A DNA stretch of 64,000 bases from an uncultured Chloroflexia bacterium. Lineage in GTDB: Bacteria > Chloroflexota > Limnocylindria > Limnocylindrales > CSP1-4. The position numbers and the translations under genes were made by a program. Shown here one piece after another: positions 63,644-64,000 of this stretch. Positions within the stretch are counted from its first letter, which is position 1. Each line of letters starts with the position of its first letter. The stretch is from assembly GCA_963748625.1 (NCBI GenBank), contig CAVVJT010000010.1, positions 960,001 to 1,024,000 on the forward strand, written 5' to 3'. The notes under the pieces were generated by a model. It searched no databases. It had not been told where the DNA came from and was given only the letters and a program-made list of their open reading frames with translations.

Positions 63644-64000
63644 AGCTTGAGCGCCTCCTCGATGGAGCCCGCGCCGCGCAGCATCACCGTTGCGCCGGTG
63701 CGGACCAGTTCCTTGATGCCGTAGGTGCGGAGCAGCGCGACGAGCGCGTCGATCTCCGCCTCGGTGCCATGCGCCTCGACGATCACCGACTCGGCGGAGA
63801 TGTCGACGATGGCGCCCTTGTAGAGCTCCACGATCTTGATGACCTCGCCGCGGTTGGAGTCCGTGGCGCGGACCTTGACCAGGGCCAGCTCATGCTCCAC
63901 GAGCTGGTCCTCGGTGACGTCCTGGACCTTGAGCACGTCCACCAGGCGGTACAGCTGCTTGGCGGCCTGCTCCACGGCGACCGCATCCCCGTGCAGGGTG
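63640..64000 (-). CDS. ilvN: Acetolactate synthase small subunit (5' truncated by window edge)
   Basis: [29 protein letters not shown]. Confidence 0.9.
   Translation of the reverse strand, partial: TLHGDAVAVEQAAKQLYRLVDVLKVQDVTEDQLVEHELALVKVRATDSNRGEVIKIVELYKGAIVDISAESVIVEAHGTEAEIDALVALLRTYGIKELVRTGATVMLRGAGSIEEALKL

Overview
Very GC-rich bacterial DNA; gene content and leaderless promoters suggest a Chloroflexota- or Actinomycetota-like organism (inference only). Contents in order: an OYE-family flavin/Fe-S oxidoreductase; a ~16 kb sugar uptake/catabolism region (GntR, ROK kinase, ABC transporter, SIS, three Gfo/Idh/MocA, DeoC, TIM-barrel isomerase, ROK repressor, NagB-like); a corrinoid methyl-transfer cluster (UroD/MtaA-like, DUF1638-like, pterin-binding methyltransferase, MetF-MetV fusion, ASKHA activator, corrinoid protein, two MttB paralogues, the second with an in-frame TAG at codon 103); an ECF sigma/anti-sigma cassette; an XRE-HTH/PD-(D/E)XK-like nuclease gene; MFS; tyrosine phenol-lyase with Lrp; HtrA/HxlR; a MacB-type permease with adaptor; a degenerate KamD-like protein; a MoaD-MoaE fusion; acyl-CoA genes; a HerA-like ATPase; and an ilvN-ilvC-leuA-leuB-cimA-pheA operon. 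The most notable unexplained structure is intergenic: three families of 130-170 bp palindromic elements each occur twice as colinear copies, a fourth palindrome doublet occurs once, and one family brackets the HTH-nuclease gene, suggesting a possible nuclease-associated REP/MITE-like system. Six genes contain nine apparent +1 insertions, most likely long-read errors. No rRNA, tRNA or CRISPR array was seen. All alignments and counts were done by eye.
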